Virus record (IMG/VR): IMGVR_UViG_2061766007_000627
Strand: one strand, 5' to 3'
Length of the DNA stretch: 64,000 bases
DNA from: an uncultured virus (IMG/VR IMGVR_UViG_2061766007_000627)
Lineage: Duplodnaviria; Heunggongvirae; Uroviricota; Caudoviricetes
Shown here piece after piece: positions 36,719 to 46,246 of this stretch (position 1 is its first letter; every line of letters begins with the position of its first letter). The position numbers were made by a program, and so were the translations under genes. The notes under the pieces were generated by a model. It was not told the origin of the DNA. It worked only from the letters and a program-made list of their open reading frames with translations, and did no database searches.

Positions 36719-38011
36719 ATGGCAAATATGTTACTTGAAAAATATGCAAAGAAGGTCCAACTTGCCGAGTCCGTTTATGCCAAGGCTCATAATGGCGAGA
36801 AGATGGACAATATGAAGAAGATGGTCGTTGCTAAGTGCCTCGACAATGTTAATAAGTTCCTCAATGAGTCACTTGAAGGACTTAATACTGCTACCACACA
36901 GCGTTCCGCTATGGGTGAGTACAAGAAGTTCTGCATGGCTCTTACTAACGTAGGTATTCCTAACCTTATCGCTTTTGACCTCGTAGCCGTTTCTCCGATG
37001 AGTGCTATCTCTGGAAATGTTGCCTACATCGAGTATGTAAAGGGTACAGATAAGGGACAGTCCCATGCTGGCGACCTCACAAACAACATTTGGAAGTTAG
37101 GCGATGTTGACATCAACTACACTGGTAATGCTGTTGTTGAAACTGTTGCTTCTGGACAGACTGCTCCTGCGTTTGAGCCGATTGAAGGTGCTATGGTAGA
37201 CCCTGCTACTGGCACTGGATATAAGTTCAAGGTTATCGGTGATACTCCGACCTTTACTAACACTTTCCCAACAACTGCGGGAACAAAGGTTGCTTACCTC
37301 TATGACAATGTTGTAGTTCCGCAGACTACACTTCCTACTCTTAAGGCTAAGTTAACAAATATTCCTCTCGAAGCCAAGGCAAGAAGAATTGCTATCTACT
37401 ACAGCCAGATGGCTGCCTTCCAGGCCAAGACTGACTATGGTTTCAGCCTTGCTGATGGTCTTGCTGAGCAGGCCGTTGGACAGCTCTCTTATGAGATTGA
37501 TACTGAAATCGTAAATATGCTGTTTGAAGCCGCTCCGACAACTGATACGATTGCTTCCTTCTCAAAGACACAACCTGTCGGTGTTGCTCTCTCCGAGCAT
37601 TATGCCGCTTTCGCCGCAAAGATTGAAGAGTACAAGATGTTCATTTACAGACAGACTAAGAAGTTTGCTCCGAACTTCATGGTTGTTGCTTCCGACATCA
37701 TGCCTATTCTTACTTTCGTTCCGGGCTTCCAGGCTGTTGCTATCAACGAGATTAACGGACCTTACATGGCTGGTACAATTAACGGAATTAAGGTATTTGT
37801 ATCACCGATGTTAGAGCCGGGCGATTTCTTCCTCGGTGTTAACCAGGGTGCTATGCAGGCTTCTGCTGGTGTCTATGCTCCGTATATGCCTGTCGTTCCT
37901 ACTCAACTCCTTGAGATGCCTGATGGACTTAATCAGCAGGGTTGGGCGACAATGTACGATGCTAAGATTCTCAATGCTGACCTCTTAGTAAAGGGTGCTG
38001 TTGTAGCGTAG
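36719..38011 (+). CDS. Major capsid protein (T4 gp23-like)
   Basis: PNLIA.DLV.V.PM, A..R.....S...A......G, EID.EI and G.YAPYMP motifs, with biased high-expression codon usage. Confidence 0.95.
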   Translation: MANMLLEKYAKKVQLAESVYAKAHNGEKMDNMKKMVVAKCLDNVNKFLNESLEGLNTATTQRSAMGEYKKFCMALTNVGIPNLIAFDLVAVSPMSAISGNVAYIEYVKGTDKGQSHAGDLTNNIWKLGDVDINYTGNAVVETVASGQTAPAFEPIEGAMVDPATGTGYKFKVIGDTPTFTNTFPTTAGTKVAYLYDNVVVPQTTLPTLKAKLTNIPLEAKARRIAIYYSQMAAFQAKTDYGFSLADGLAEQAVGQLSYEIDTEIVNMLFEAAPTTDTIASFSKTQPVGVALSEHYAAFAAKIEEYKMFIYRQTKKFAPNFMVVASDIMPILTFVPGFQAVAINEINGPYMAGTINGIKVFVSPMLEPGDFFLGVNQGAMQASAGVYAPYMPVVPTQLLEMPDGLNQQGWATMYDAKILNADLLVKGAVVA

Positions 38012-38050
38012 TTCATATAATCCTCCTTTCGATTATATAATACATTAAAA

Positions 38051-38088
38051 GTGAGAGCAGAGTTTAACCTCTGCTCTTATTTTTTTTT
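38051..38088 (+). terminator. Rho-independent terminator after capsid gene
   Basis: AGAGCAGAG/CTCTGCTCT stem followed by a T-run. Confidence 0.9.
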
Positions 38089-38187
38089 ANNNNNNNNNNN
38101 NNNNNNNNNNNNNNNNNNNNNNNNNNNNNNNNNNNNNNNNNNNNNTATGTGTGGGGGGTGGGTACCCCCGTGAGAAAGGAGCACCGT

Positions 38188-38715
38188 ATGTATACAGTAG
38201 ATGCAACGAAGAAAGCACTCATCAAGAGGTTTGAGGAAAATGGTTGGAAGGAACTTGAACTTACGCTTAAGACTGGCGACACAGTTTGGATTACTCCTTG
38301 TCACTATGGTGGAGGAACCCCATCAGTAGATAACATTGAGTACTATTTGATGGATTCTGATTCCGTGTATCTGTGCGGTTCAGAGAGTCTTGATAAAGTA
38401 GCAGAAACCTTGAATAATTTTTCCACTCTGAAGAAAGAAGATGTTTCGGAGAAGGAAACTCTGCAGAAATATTTTGAAGAGAATATTGCAGGTCACTCCG
38501 ACACAGAATGGCAGTTGGGTCGTGAACTTAATAAGATACTGTGGGATAATCCCAAGTATTCGTGGCAGACACCGCTTAAGGAGCTTGCTGAAGATTTGGC
38601 AAGGGAACTTAATGGCGATGCAGATAAGTTTGAGTCTGCACTTAAACTTATTGATTGTGCAAGTACTTACAGTGATTGGTACAAAGATGTTTATGGTCAT
38701 AGACCCAGATATTAA
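38188..38715 (+). CDS. Early hypothetical protein
   Basis: AAAGGAG RBS and a C-terminal YSDWYKDVYG.RPR motif common in large phages. Confidence 0.75.
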   Translation: MYTVDATKKALIKRFEENGWKELELTLKTGDTVWITPCHYGGGTPSVDNIEYYLMDSDSVYLCGSESLDKVAETLNNFSTLKKEDVSEKETLQKYFEENIAGHSDTEWQLGRELNKILWDNPKYSWQTPLKELAEDLARELNGDADKFESALKLIDCASTYSDWYKDVYGHRPRY

Positions 38716-38728
38716 GGAGGTGGGAATA

Positions 38729-38977
38729 ATGTTGAACTGGTATTTCGGCAAGGAAGAAGCAGAGCAGTTTGGTGATTATGTAGTTGCAAAACTTGAGGGC
38801 AAAACTATTTCAAAGAGAATAGATTTAGCAGAAGCTCCTGGTGGGTTAATCTATGAAGCAGACTTACTAGGTATGGATAAGTTTGAACTACTCCGTACTC
38901 TTGAGGGTCTTTGCTATCAGAGCAGAGCATTTGAGATAGATGATTCTACTTATTATGTGAAAGGAGAACTGAAATGA
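38729..38977 (+). CDS. Hypothetical protein
   Basis: AAGGAGGT RBS. Confidence 0.65.
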   Translation: MLNWYFGKEEAEQFGDYVVAKLEGKTISKRIDLAEAPGGLIYEADLLGMDKFELLRTLEGLCYQSRAFEIDDSTYYVKGELK

Positions 38978-39330
38978 AGAAGATTAAGGTGCTGTATATC
39001 GAGCCACTCGAAGACCCACGTGTTATTGAAATTGAAAACACGCTTGAAGCAAAACAGGAACTTGTTGATGGTTGGATAGAAATGGTTTGTCCTTGCAAGC
39101 ATAAAGATGATGCCGTGCTTATTTGCAATGAAGAAGGCAAGATACGAAATCTTCCGTGGAATAGAGCCTTGTTAGATGATAAAGGTGATATGTATGATGT
39201 TGTTTATGGTGCATTTTTCGTTGTGCGTGCCCCTGAAGATTCGGACGATTTTGATAGTTTGACTGATGAACAGATAAAGAAATATACTGATATGTATTCT
39301 GAAATGCTTATTCCGCTTAATGCGATGTGA
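38974..39330 (+). CDS. DUF3846-like protein
   Basis: LE..Q.LV.G.IE.V......LICNEEGK...LP.NR......G.F......F.SLT.EQ. Confidence 0.8.
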   Translation: MKKIKVLYIEPLEDPRVIEIENTLEAKQELVDGWIEMVCPCKHKDDAVLICNEEGKIRNLPWNRALLDDKGDMYDVVYGAFFVVRAPEDSDDFDSLTDEQIKKYTDMYSEMLIPLNAM

Positions 39331-39632
39331 GGTTTGATATGGGCAGGTATACGCAGACAGACATTACAGAACTTAATCAGTTTCTGATACAGAGCAGTAT
39401 AAATGTAGAAAAGTGTACTGAAAAGTTGAATGAGATAAATGCACAAATAAAGCAGTTGCGTAAATCTGGAGAAGATGTTTCTGAGCAAATCCGTGAGCGT
39501 GCAAAGATACGTAGACGATTAGAAAAGTATTATGACGATTTAGATTTTTGTATGAACAGCCTGTACCACCGGGACGAAAAAGCATATTGGAAAATCTGGA
39601 AAGATTTAAAAGAAAAAGGATTAAAAGTCTGA
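39327..39632 (+). CDS. Hypothetical coiled-coil protein
   Basis: ORF coupled to the upstream gene. Confidence 0.6.
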   Translation: MRFDMGRYTQTDITELNQFLIQSSINVEKCTEKLNEINAQIKQLRKSGEDVSEQIRERAKIRRRLEKYYDDLDFCMNSLYHRDEKAYWKIWKDLKEKGLKV

Positions 39633-39639
39633 AAATGTA

Positions 39640-39668
39640 TTTACAAGAGTAATTGAATATGTTATTAT
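39640..39668 (+). promoter_or_regulatory. SigmaA-type early promoter
   Basis: TTTACA-17-TATTAT with extended TG. Confidence 0.75.
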
Positions 39669-39710
39669 ATCAATGTAGGAGTGTTGAATGTACGATTAGG
39701 AGGTACAATA

Positions 39711-39929
39711 ATGAACATTGAATATGCACTTAACGAGTCGATGCCGTTTGAGAAGATTGAGATTGGAGCGTCTTTTGAACACACAGGAAATGTCTACATC
39801 AAACTTGAAAGATGTTATATGTCAGGTGGCAGTACATATAATGCTGTAAATCTTAACAAGGCTGAACTTGTATGTATTCCTGCTGATATGAATGTAAGAC
39901 CTGTCCGTGCAACTGTTCGGATTTCCTAA
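39711..39929 (+). CDS. Small beta-rich hypothetical protein
   Basis: AGGAGGT RBS and F..I..G..F.....YIK....YNAVNL pattern. Confidence 0.65.
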   Translation: MNIEYALNESMPFEKIEIGASFEHTGNVYIKLERCYMSGGSTYNAVNLNKAELVCIPADMNVRPVRATVRIS

Positions 39930-40109
39930 GTATTGGGGGTGTTGGGAATGAAGAGATATTACTACAAGGGAAAAGAGATAAGTAAGTTTCACGCAAATAT
40001 GATATTTATCGGTGCTATTGCTGGTTTGTTTGCTTCTGCGATAGGTGTATATGCCTGTCTGTGGTGTGTGCTTGCGATAGGTAATCTGATAGGCTAAAGG
40101 AGAGTTGAT

Positions 40110-40439
40110 ATGTTCTGTAATATATGTGGTAAGAAGATTGATGGTTATGGCAATAACCCGTATCCAATTATACAGTCCGATACTGATAGGTGTTGTAATG
40201 ATTGCGATTCTACTTATGTAATCCCCGCAAGGCTTGCACAGAGATGGGGCAAGCGTGGTCCTGCTAATGTCGGTGATAAGGTGATTATATTTGCGCTTAA
40301 AGGCGAACCTAATGTTACAGACTACTTGTTCAAGTCTGGTGTTATAGAGAGTATTGATGATGCAGGGCAACTTCACGGAACTTGGGGTGGACTTGCTGTA
40401 ATCCCTGAAGAAGATGAGTTTATTATAATTGGTGAATAG
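40110..40439 (+). CDS. Zinc finger + DUF4314-like protein
   Basis: C..CG....YGNNP.P...CC..C followed by G....IDDAGQLH..W..LA.IP.ED. Confidence 0.7.
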   Translation: MFCNICGKKIDGYGNNPYPIIQSDTDRCCNDCDSTYVIPARLAQRWGKRGPANVGDKVIIFALKGEPNVTDYLFKSGVIESIDDAGQLHGTWGGLAVIPEEDEFIIIGE

Positions 40440-40440
40440 C

Positions 40441-40683
40441 ATGAAAACTTTAAATGATATAAATATGACAGAACCCGAGGCTGTTATTGAAATAGAATAC
40501 ATGCGTGGGTGGGATAAGTATTTGTCCGAACATCTTGACCCTAAAGAGTACACCTTTCTTGCGGTTGGGTATGCGAGAGAAATAGTTTCAAAAGAGATGA
40601 AATCTTTTGGTATACCTGAAGATGAAATTGAAGAAATCTGCAATAAGGTGGAACAGATAGATGACAAAGCGCGATTCAACTAA
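40441..40683 (+). CDS. Hypothetical protein
   Basis: ORF in tightly packed operon. Confidence 0.55.
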   Translation: MKTLNDINMTEPEAVIEIEYMRGWDKYLSEHLDPKEYTFLAVGYAREIVSKEMKSFGIPEDEIEEICNKVEQIDDKARFN

Positions 40684-40891
40684 AGATGATGGTTCTATCG
40701 TTAATGGTAGACAGTGCCCAAACTGTGGTGATGTGTGGCAGAATAAAATTATTGACACAAGGACAGATAGACTTAAAGAAAAAAATCTAATTGTGCGTAG
40801 AAGAGAATGTCTTTTATGCGGGTGTCGCTGGAGTACAGTTGAAGTCAATCGTGTGTGGTTTAAGAAGTTTAGCGGGGGTAATGTATTATGA
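40661..40891 (+). CDS. NrdR-N-like zinc ribbon protein
   Basis: CP.CG......IDTR......RRRECL.CG.R.ST.E. Confidence 0.75.
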   Translation: MTKRDSTKDDGSIVNGRQCPNCGDVWQNKIIDTRTDRLKEKNLIVRRRECLLCGCRWSTVEVNRVWFKKFSGGNVL

Positions 40892-41032
40892 AAGAGAGAT
40901 TAACTTCTTGGAATGGCACTAAATGGGTACTGCCCCAGGGCAGGACTTCTGACGGACAAAGTTATTGGAGAATGATTGCAGAGCGTCTTGCTGAATACGA
41001 AAATAATGACCCTGAATTAGAGGAAGTAAACA

Positions 41033-41230
41033 ATGAGTCTGGACAAAGCAATTTCTCACAGTAAAGAAAAAAGAAAAGCGTATAGAGGTGCTAAAGCGAT
41101 TGACCCTACTTGCAGAAATCACGGCAGTTGTGATTATTGTAGGTTGGGTAGATTGCATAAGTACGAAAGACAAACTCCAATCTATGATGAAGATTGGGAG
41201 TTTGATGTTTGGGAAACAGAGGAAAGTTGA
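41033..41230 (+). CDS. Small basic Cys/His phage protein
   Basis: MSLDKAI..KEKRK.YRG.KAID..CRNHG.C.YC. Confidence 0.7.
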   Translation: MSLDKAISHSKEKRKAYRGAKAIDPTCRNHGSCDYCRLGRLHKYERQTPIYDEDWEFDVWETEES

Positions 41231-41231
41231 T

Positions 41232-41438
41232 ATGGAGTGGGAAGATTTTAATAGCAGTAATGAAACATTGTTGAATAACTATCAGAGATATATTCCAACA
41301 AGCATTCGTTGCCCAAAGTGCGGTCTGTATGTGAAGTTTGATAATTCTATTGTTCTTACAAGCATACCGCCGCAGTTTAGATATGTATGTGACTGTGGGT
41401 GGTCAGATACATCTTATAAGAGGTGGTACGGCATATGA
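41232..41438 (+). CDS. Zinc ribbon protein
   Basis: CPKCG....LTS.PPQ..Y.C.CGW. Confidence 0.65.
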   Translation: MEWEDFNSSNETLLNNYQRYIPTSIRCPKCGLYVKFDNSIVLTSIPPQFRYVCDCGWSDTSYKRWYGI

Positions 41439-41755
41439 GTCATAAGAAGTCACAGAAAGATAAAACAGTAGCTTTGAAGGTGGACGATTTTGCCACACTA
41501 TGTATCTGCGCCATTAGATATTGTCACGGCAGACAAACATATATGCCTGATTTAGTTAGGAGTATTGTTAAATCACATATATCATTGTTTGATGACAATG
41601 ATATAACAGTTATGCTAGATGATTGTGAATTTCAACGCAGATTTAATTTATATGGTGATGACAGAATTGATAAACCTGGCTGGATTGATTGGGAGCAGTT
41701 TCTTGCAGAAGAGTTGAATAGGCGTAATACGATAGAGAATGGTAACAAGTCATGA
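41435..41755 (+). CDS. Hypothetical phage protein
   Basis: CAIRYC.GRQTYMP motif. Confidence 0.7.
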   Translation: MSHKKSQKDKTVALKVDDFATLCICAIRYCHGRQTYMPDLVRSIVKSHISLFDDNDITVMLDDCEFQRRFNLYGDDRIDKPGWIDWEQFLAEELNRRNTIENGNKS

Positions 41756-42129
41756 AAGAAATAAGTATTGATACTATTGAACTTGGAAATTTACTCTTCG
41801 GTAATTCTAGGGGTAATTACTCTATTGAGAGAAGTGAATGGCAGGATATATTTTGTGATTTTTTAGATAAATGCGGTTTTGATTCTTATGGGTATAAGAA
41901 CGATTTAGAAGAACGATGTTTTGAAAATGATACATTTATTGTTAGACCCTATTATTGGGGTGATGATGAAGATATTGCTAACTTGCCTAATTTTGAATAT
42001 AAGCCGATAGGTTTCACCATTTCCTAGTATAAATATCCAATGAGGGACGCATACGCATCACACAATATAACTACACAGGAGTTTGAACAAATTTTGTGCA
42101 GATGTTCTGATAGTATGGGGGTGCGTTAA
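41752..42129 (+). pseudogene. Hypothetical protein with in-frame TAG at 42025-42027
   Basis: The frame continues (YKYPMRD...) to a TAA that overlaps the next ATG. Confidence 0.6.
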
Positions 42130-42867
42130 TGAGATTGATAGATGCAGATACACTAAAAATTTATAAAATAACCATTAACGGAATAATTATGGCAGTAGTA
42201 GACCGTCACGATATTGACGAAGCCCCGACAATCGAAGCAGAGCCTGTTCGCCACGGACATTGGATAGATACAGGGAGTGGACAAGAATGTTCTGTCTGCC
42301 ATGAGATACAGTATGGATATGACAACTATAGGTATTACTGTCCGTTTTGTGGAGCGAAAATGGAGAATGGGATATGAACTACGATTATACATTTTGCGTA
42401 AGCGATTGTGAGGATGAAAATTGTTTCAGACATAAAAGTAAAATCCCGAAAGGCATACCTGTAAGCATGGCGATGCTTAAAGGAACACCAGAGTGTGAGT
42501 TGGCAAGAGCAGAGCATGGGCAGTGGATAGATGGGGAAAATATGAACGGTGAGAAATTTCTCCCTGGCATAAAGTATTGTTCTGTGTGCCACAAGGAAGC
42601 ATACTGGGATAGTGAGCGAGGACAGCAACTATTTCCTTGTTGTCCAAATTGTGGGGCGAAGATGGAGAAGAATGAAGAAGCGAATAGGACGGATGACTTA
42701 ATAAACAGACAGGACGCAATCAACCTTTTGAAGAAATGGGCTGATGGCTATAACTACATCGAAACCGATACGGAATTAGCAATAAAGGAGTTTCAACGCT
42801 TGCCTTCTGCACAACTCTAATTTCCCCCGAAGTACAGAAGGTGGATTTGAAACAGAGTAGGAGTTTA

Positions 42868-43134
42868 ATGATGATACGAAAAGTACACAAATTAAAAATA
42901 AAAGAAGATTATGCTGATGCCGTACTGTGCGGTGATAAAACTTTTGAAGTAAGATGGAACGACAGAGGATTTCAAAAGGGAGATATAGTACATTTTATTC
43001 CGCTATATCGTAGTGATGGTCTTGAGATGATAGGACACCCTCTATCAGAACAAGAGTATGAAATTACATATGTCCATAGCGGGCTGGGGTTAGAACGAGA
43101 TTATGTTGTTTTTGGGATTAAACGTATCAAATGA
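42868..43134 (+). CDS. ASCH/DUF3850 domain protein
   Basis: H.LKI...Y..AV..G.KTFE.R.NDR.FQ.GD....ITYV. Confidence 0.85.
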   Translation: MMIRKVHKLKIKEDYADAVLCGDKTFEVRWNDRGFQKGDIVHFIPLYRSDGLEMIGHPLSEQEYEITYVHSGLGLERDYVVFGIKRIK

Positions 43135-45409
43135 TATGTTATGCGGTGAAAAAGTCTGCCCCTTTTGAAAGGAGAATATATGGAATACATAAAATCAGAA
43201 CACTACGATATAATGCGGAATGACTACGGTAGGGAATTAGTCATTCCGTCAGAAAAAGAATGGGCAGAAGTCAAACATGGGACATGGAAGCACACTAAAG
43301 ACGGTATTATTATTAGCGGGTACTGTTCCGAATGTGGCTGGGTGTCAGCCGTGGGCGAAACCGATGTAGCGGGTATGCCTTATTGTCCGAATTGCGGGGC
43401 AAGACTGGAGGACGGAGATGAGTAGGAGTGAGCTGAAACGCCTTACCGAAGAAGATAGATTCGCACGGAAGTATGCAACATGGGCGAGCAACCATGACTG
43501 TTGGAGCAGAGCGAAAAAACGGAACAGGAGAATCGCAAGGCGAAGATTGAAGAGGGTTGCAGAAAATGAACGACTTGATAAGTAGGCGGAAAGCACTCGA
43601 AGCCCTAACTGTTACTGAAGAAATGGGCACAGCAGAGTTATTGTGGCTTTTGACTACACGGATAAATGATTTGCCGAGCATACAGTCAGAGCCGAAGTGT
43701 GGACGATGGGAATCTATCGACTGGGCAAACGAATATTTTAAGTGTTCAGAGTGTGGCAGAATAGAGAGATGGTCGCCAAATTACTGCGCAACTTGTGGGG
43801 CAAAAATGGCAACTCGTACTCTGTATGTTCGTGGCACACCGAACATTATAGAAGAGCCGAACGGCAGAGCGAAAACGGAGGAATAGGAATGAGTTGGTAC
43901 ACAGACGGAGAACCTTTTGACGAATTTGAATTCAGTTTTTGTAAAGGCTGTACGATTTCAGAGAGTAAAGCATACTGTGACGCCTGTATAAAAGCACATC
44001 TGGGAGAAGATGAGGTAGAAGACGATGAGGCCAATTGACGCAGACGAATTAAAAGTCGANNNNNNNNNNNNNNNNAATGGGTACACTTTGCTACCGATAT
44101 ATAAGCAAAGAGCAAATAGACCGTGCGCCGACAATAGAAGCAGAGCCTGCACGCCGTGGACGTTGGAAAGTAGACACTAATGACGGATGGGCGTGTTCAG
44201 AGTGCGGAGTAGGCAATATGTATGCTTATAGTTGGGATATTAAGGGCTATAAATTACAAGACTGTTACTGTCCTCACTGCGGAGCGAAGATGGAGGTATA
44301 GGAGTGAGTGACCTTATAGATAGACAGATAGCAATCGAGATTATAGATAGACACATATTCTATGATGACTATGACAGCATGGATAAAATTGATTTAATAA
44401 ATGCGATTAAAAATCTACCCTCAGTCGAGAAACATGGGCGGTGGGTAACGATGTCTGGTGCAGATGGGGTTTATTGGGCTTGCTGTTCGGAGTGCGGCAT
44501 GGCCACTATTGCCAAATGGAAGTACTGTCCATTTTGTGGCGCAAAGATGGGAGAATAGAGATGATAGGAGAACGCTACACGCTAACACTTCGACACGAAA
44601 TAGTTAAAACTGATGGTGATAGGTATGAGCTTGAGCCACCCTTGCAAACGGTTTATACAATATTTGATGTGCTTGACCGTGGTGGAGTGAGATATATGGT
44701 CAATGATATGTTCAAACAATTAGAGCATTCTTTCATGGAAAGATTAGATAGCGAAGTGGGAAACAAAGATGAATGACTATTCAATATCCTGGGGATATAT
44801 AGTTTCAAGAATGGAATCCCTTTATGGAATTAGTCCTGACAACGATGAAAAAGTTGCTTTCGGAGAAATTGAAAAACACATAGCCTATATATGGCAAGAA
44901 TATTTTGAGATGCTCTATAAAGAAGAATTTGGTGCGAAGACAGAGGAACAGGAATGACTATAACAACACATGATTGCTTTGCGATATTTCCGAAAAGGTG
45001 TGATAGATGTAATCGGTTATTTTGGTTAGAGCCATATGATGTTTATTACAAAGAAGTAGGAATAGAGCATTACTCGTTAAAACAAATTAAGTGCAGTAAA
45101 CACTGCGGAACAAAGACGGAGAAACAGGAATGACAGAGTATAAACATTGGTGCGGTAATTGTCAAATTCGTATATATATTCAACGGCATGAGGGTATAGT
45201 TTTGAATTGGCGTGATTGCCCGTATACTTGTGAATATGCAACCGCTATGCGCGCGCAAATGGAGGTTGAAGAATGAAAGTAAGTGAAAGAATAGAGCAAC
45301 TTCGGGCAGAAATAGAAAAATTAAAAGAAAAATATTGTGATTATTGTCAAGAGTATTCTTGTGAAGATTGCTTAATAGAATATGGTAAGTCAGAAAGGAG
45401 CGGTGAGAT

Positions 45410-45730
45410 ATGATTAACAGAAATGGGGAAACGATTTATACAAACGCTGAGATTGCTTATGAACTTGGAATTGCACCTGCGACAGTGAACGCTTGTGCAA
45501 AAAGATTGTTCGGGGGCGGCAGGATTCCGCATTGGACGCTTAACGATGTTAAGTTGATTGTGAAGTACATTAAATCAATTAGCGTAGATGAAGATGCGAA
45601 ACGGCTGGCTACACTCCACGAGTGCGTTGCAGAGATTATGGGCGATTCGATTGCCGATGATGCTAAGACGAAAAACTTTGCGAAAAAAGATATAGTATTA
45701 AGAGAGATTGAACCCGAAGGCGGAATTTGA
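45410..45730 (+). CDS. HTH-like DNA-binding protein
   Basis: YTNAEIAYELGIAPATVN, with an AAAGGAG RBS. Confidence 0.6.
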   Translation: MINRNGETIYTNAEIAYELGIAPATVNACAKRLFGGGRIPHWTLNDVKLIVKYIKSISVDEDAKRLATLHECVAEIMGDSIADDAKTKNFAKKDIVLREIEPEGGI

Positions 45731-46246
45731 AAGCGAAGGAGGAACAGAAATGACATTAGGAGAACTTATAGCGATTATATGCAAGTATGCAAGTGATGAA
45801 GATGATTCAATAATGGTGAAAGGTATAGATGATATTGAAATTCGTGGCGACCATGTAACTCTTTATTTTACTGATGGAAATACAGAAGATAAAATACTCT
45901 ATGAAGATGGGCATTGGGAGTACAGGAGAAGATAACTAATGATAAGATTGGTAAATATAGATGACCTTTCATTAACAAGTCCTGCTTGGGAAGATGTCCT
46001 TAAACTAGAAATATGGGAGCCCAAAGATATTGTACTGTGGTACTTAACTCAAAATAACATTACGAGGATTGATGATACTCGTAAAGGTTATGAAAAAACG
46101 TATAAACTTGTTCGGTATGGAAGTTGGGAAAAGACCTCTCCGCTTACAGATACAATTGTGTGTTCAAACTGCGGATATAACTGGCCAAGTGAAGAAATGA
46201 AATCAAAGTATTGTCCAGGGTGTGGTGCAGAGATGAGGGAAGAGTA

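Noticed and set aside
41752..42129. Genome-wide TAG stop-codon reassignment
   Set aside because: Capsid, protease and terminase genes end cleanly at TAG, genes are not fragmented, and no suppressor tRNA is seen.
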